Assembly (NCBI GenBank): GCA_002314805.1
Contig: DCHJ01000038.1
Span: 31,957 to 95,956 of the forward strand
Origin: Lachnospiraceae bacterium UBA1755
GTDB taxonomy: Bacteria > Bacillota > Clostridia > Lachnospirales > Lachnospiraceae
Direction of reading: 5' to 3'
Length of the DNA: 64,000 nt
Under the pieces are notes generated by a model, which made no database searches, was not told the DNA's origin, and was given only the letters and a program-made list of their open reading frames with translations. Within the stretch, counting starts at the first letter, position 1. Each line of letters opens with the position of its first letter. The translations under genes and the position numbers were made by a program. Below are positions 63,659-64,000 of this stretch, piece by piece.

Positions 63659-64000
63659 TTATTCCGGACATCCAAGCGTAACCATGTATGCCAGATTATC
63701 CTGGTTTACGTCCATACGCCCATACTGTACAACAACATCTACATCACTTGAGATGTGCATAGAATACTGCTGCTGGAGCTCAAGTCCGGCCGGTGCAAGC
63801 AGCTCCTCATGCGTATAAAACGTACTGATCCTCTCTGCCGGTGCTGTAAACCTGATTCCCTTGACAGGCGGCTTATCCTCAAAATAGATATCGATCAGAC
63901 AATGAGCATCCTGCTCAGTCCTGTTAAGGATAAGAATACATTCATGTCCTCGGTAGTCGCTGGCATCGCCCTTGTTGAGCGGCGGTCTGTATCCGTCAAC
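63659..64000 (-). CDS. ASRT-family (sensory rhodopsin transducer-like, DUF1362) protein, 5' end outside the window
   Basis: My own translation: ..RGHECILILNRTEQDAHCLIDIYFEDKPPVKGIRFTAPAERISTFY..VDVVVQYGRMDVNQDNLAYMVTLGCPE. It parallels Anabaena ASRT (..SHETVCILNAGDEDAHVEITIYYSDKEPVGPYRLTVPARRT..VPIVVQHTRLDSRQ..) as I recall it. TAA at 63659-63661. Confidence 0.65.
   Translation of the reverse strand, partial: VDGYRPPLNKGDASDYRGHECILILNRTEQDAHCLIDIYFEDKPPVKGIRFTAPAERISTFYTHEELLAPAGLELQQQYSMHISSDVDVVVQYGRMDVNQDNLAYMVTLGCPE

Noticed and set aside
1-64000. CRISPR arrays, tRNA/rRNA genes, transposases, prophage or known defence-system genes
   Set aside because: I read the intergenic regions and all listed ORFs and found none. 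The only tandem arrays are those at 14281, 16739, 23363 and 54344. Their units of 10-23 nt have no spacers, so they are not CRISPR-like.

Overview
Chromosomal window from a low-GC Gram-positive bacterium. Gene order, GAAC-N4-GTTC SOS boxes and choline-binding-type wall repeats suggest a Clostridia / Lachnospiraceae-like Firmicute; this is inference only. About 45 kb is core housekeeping, mostly on the minus strand: rplU-rpmA-obg, yhbY-nadD-yqeK-rsfS, lexA with a divergent yneA-like gene, rluD-lspA-sepF, a dacB-like/mgsA/rodA/PBP2/mreD/mreC/radC morphogenesis block, miaA-mutL-mutS-miaB, and murJ-like/ybeY/phoH/rpsU. rpsU is 57 aa and absent from the ORF track. Left end (1-10.1 kb) is accessory. 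It holds a dual-HTH LuxR-type regulator divergent from a 2,683-aa secreted, wall-binding giant protein. This pair is bracketed by paralogous non-coding repeat modules and a MerR-gene stump, and sits next to a xylose-type ABC transporter. Right end (55-64 kb) is a LacI-controlled sugar locus of unknown substrate, with an AraA-like isomerase, a CUT2 ABC transporter, a phosphotriesterase-family hydrolase and an ASRT-family protein. The most unusual signals are non-coding. First, 19 perfectly phased 11-nt GGA-rich repeats fill the obg-yhbY spacer. Second, a 112-nt, 92 percent identical copy of the rplU 3' end lies behind the rpmA terminator. There are also several helically phased direct-repeat arrays in promoter regions. 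I saw no rRNA, tRNA, CRISPR array, transposase or phage module. All family assignments come from motif recognition by eye, not from database searches.
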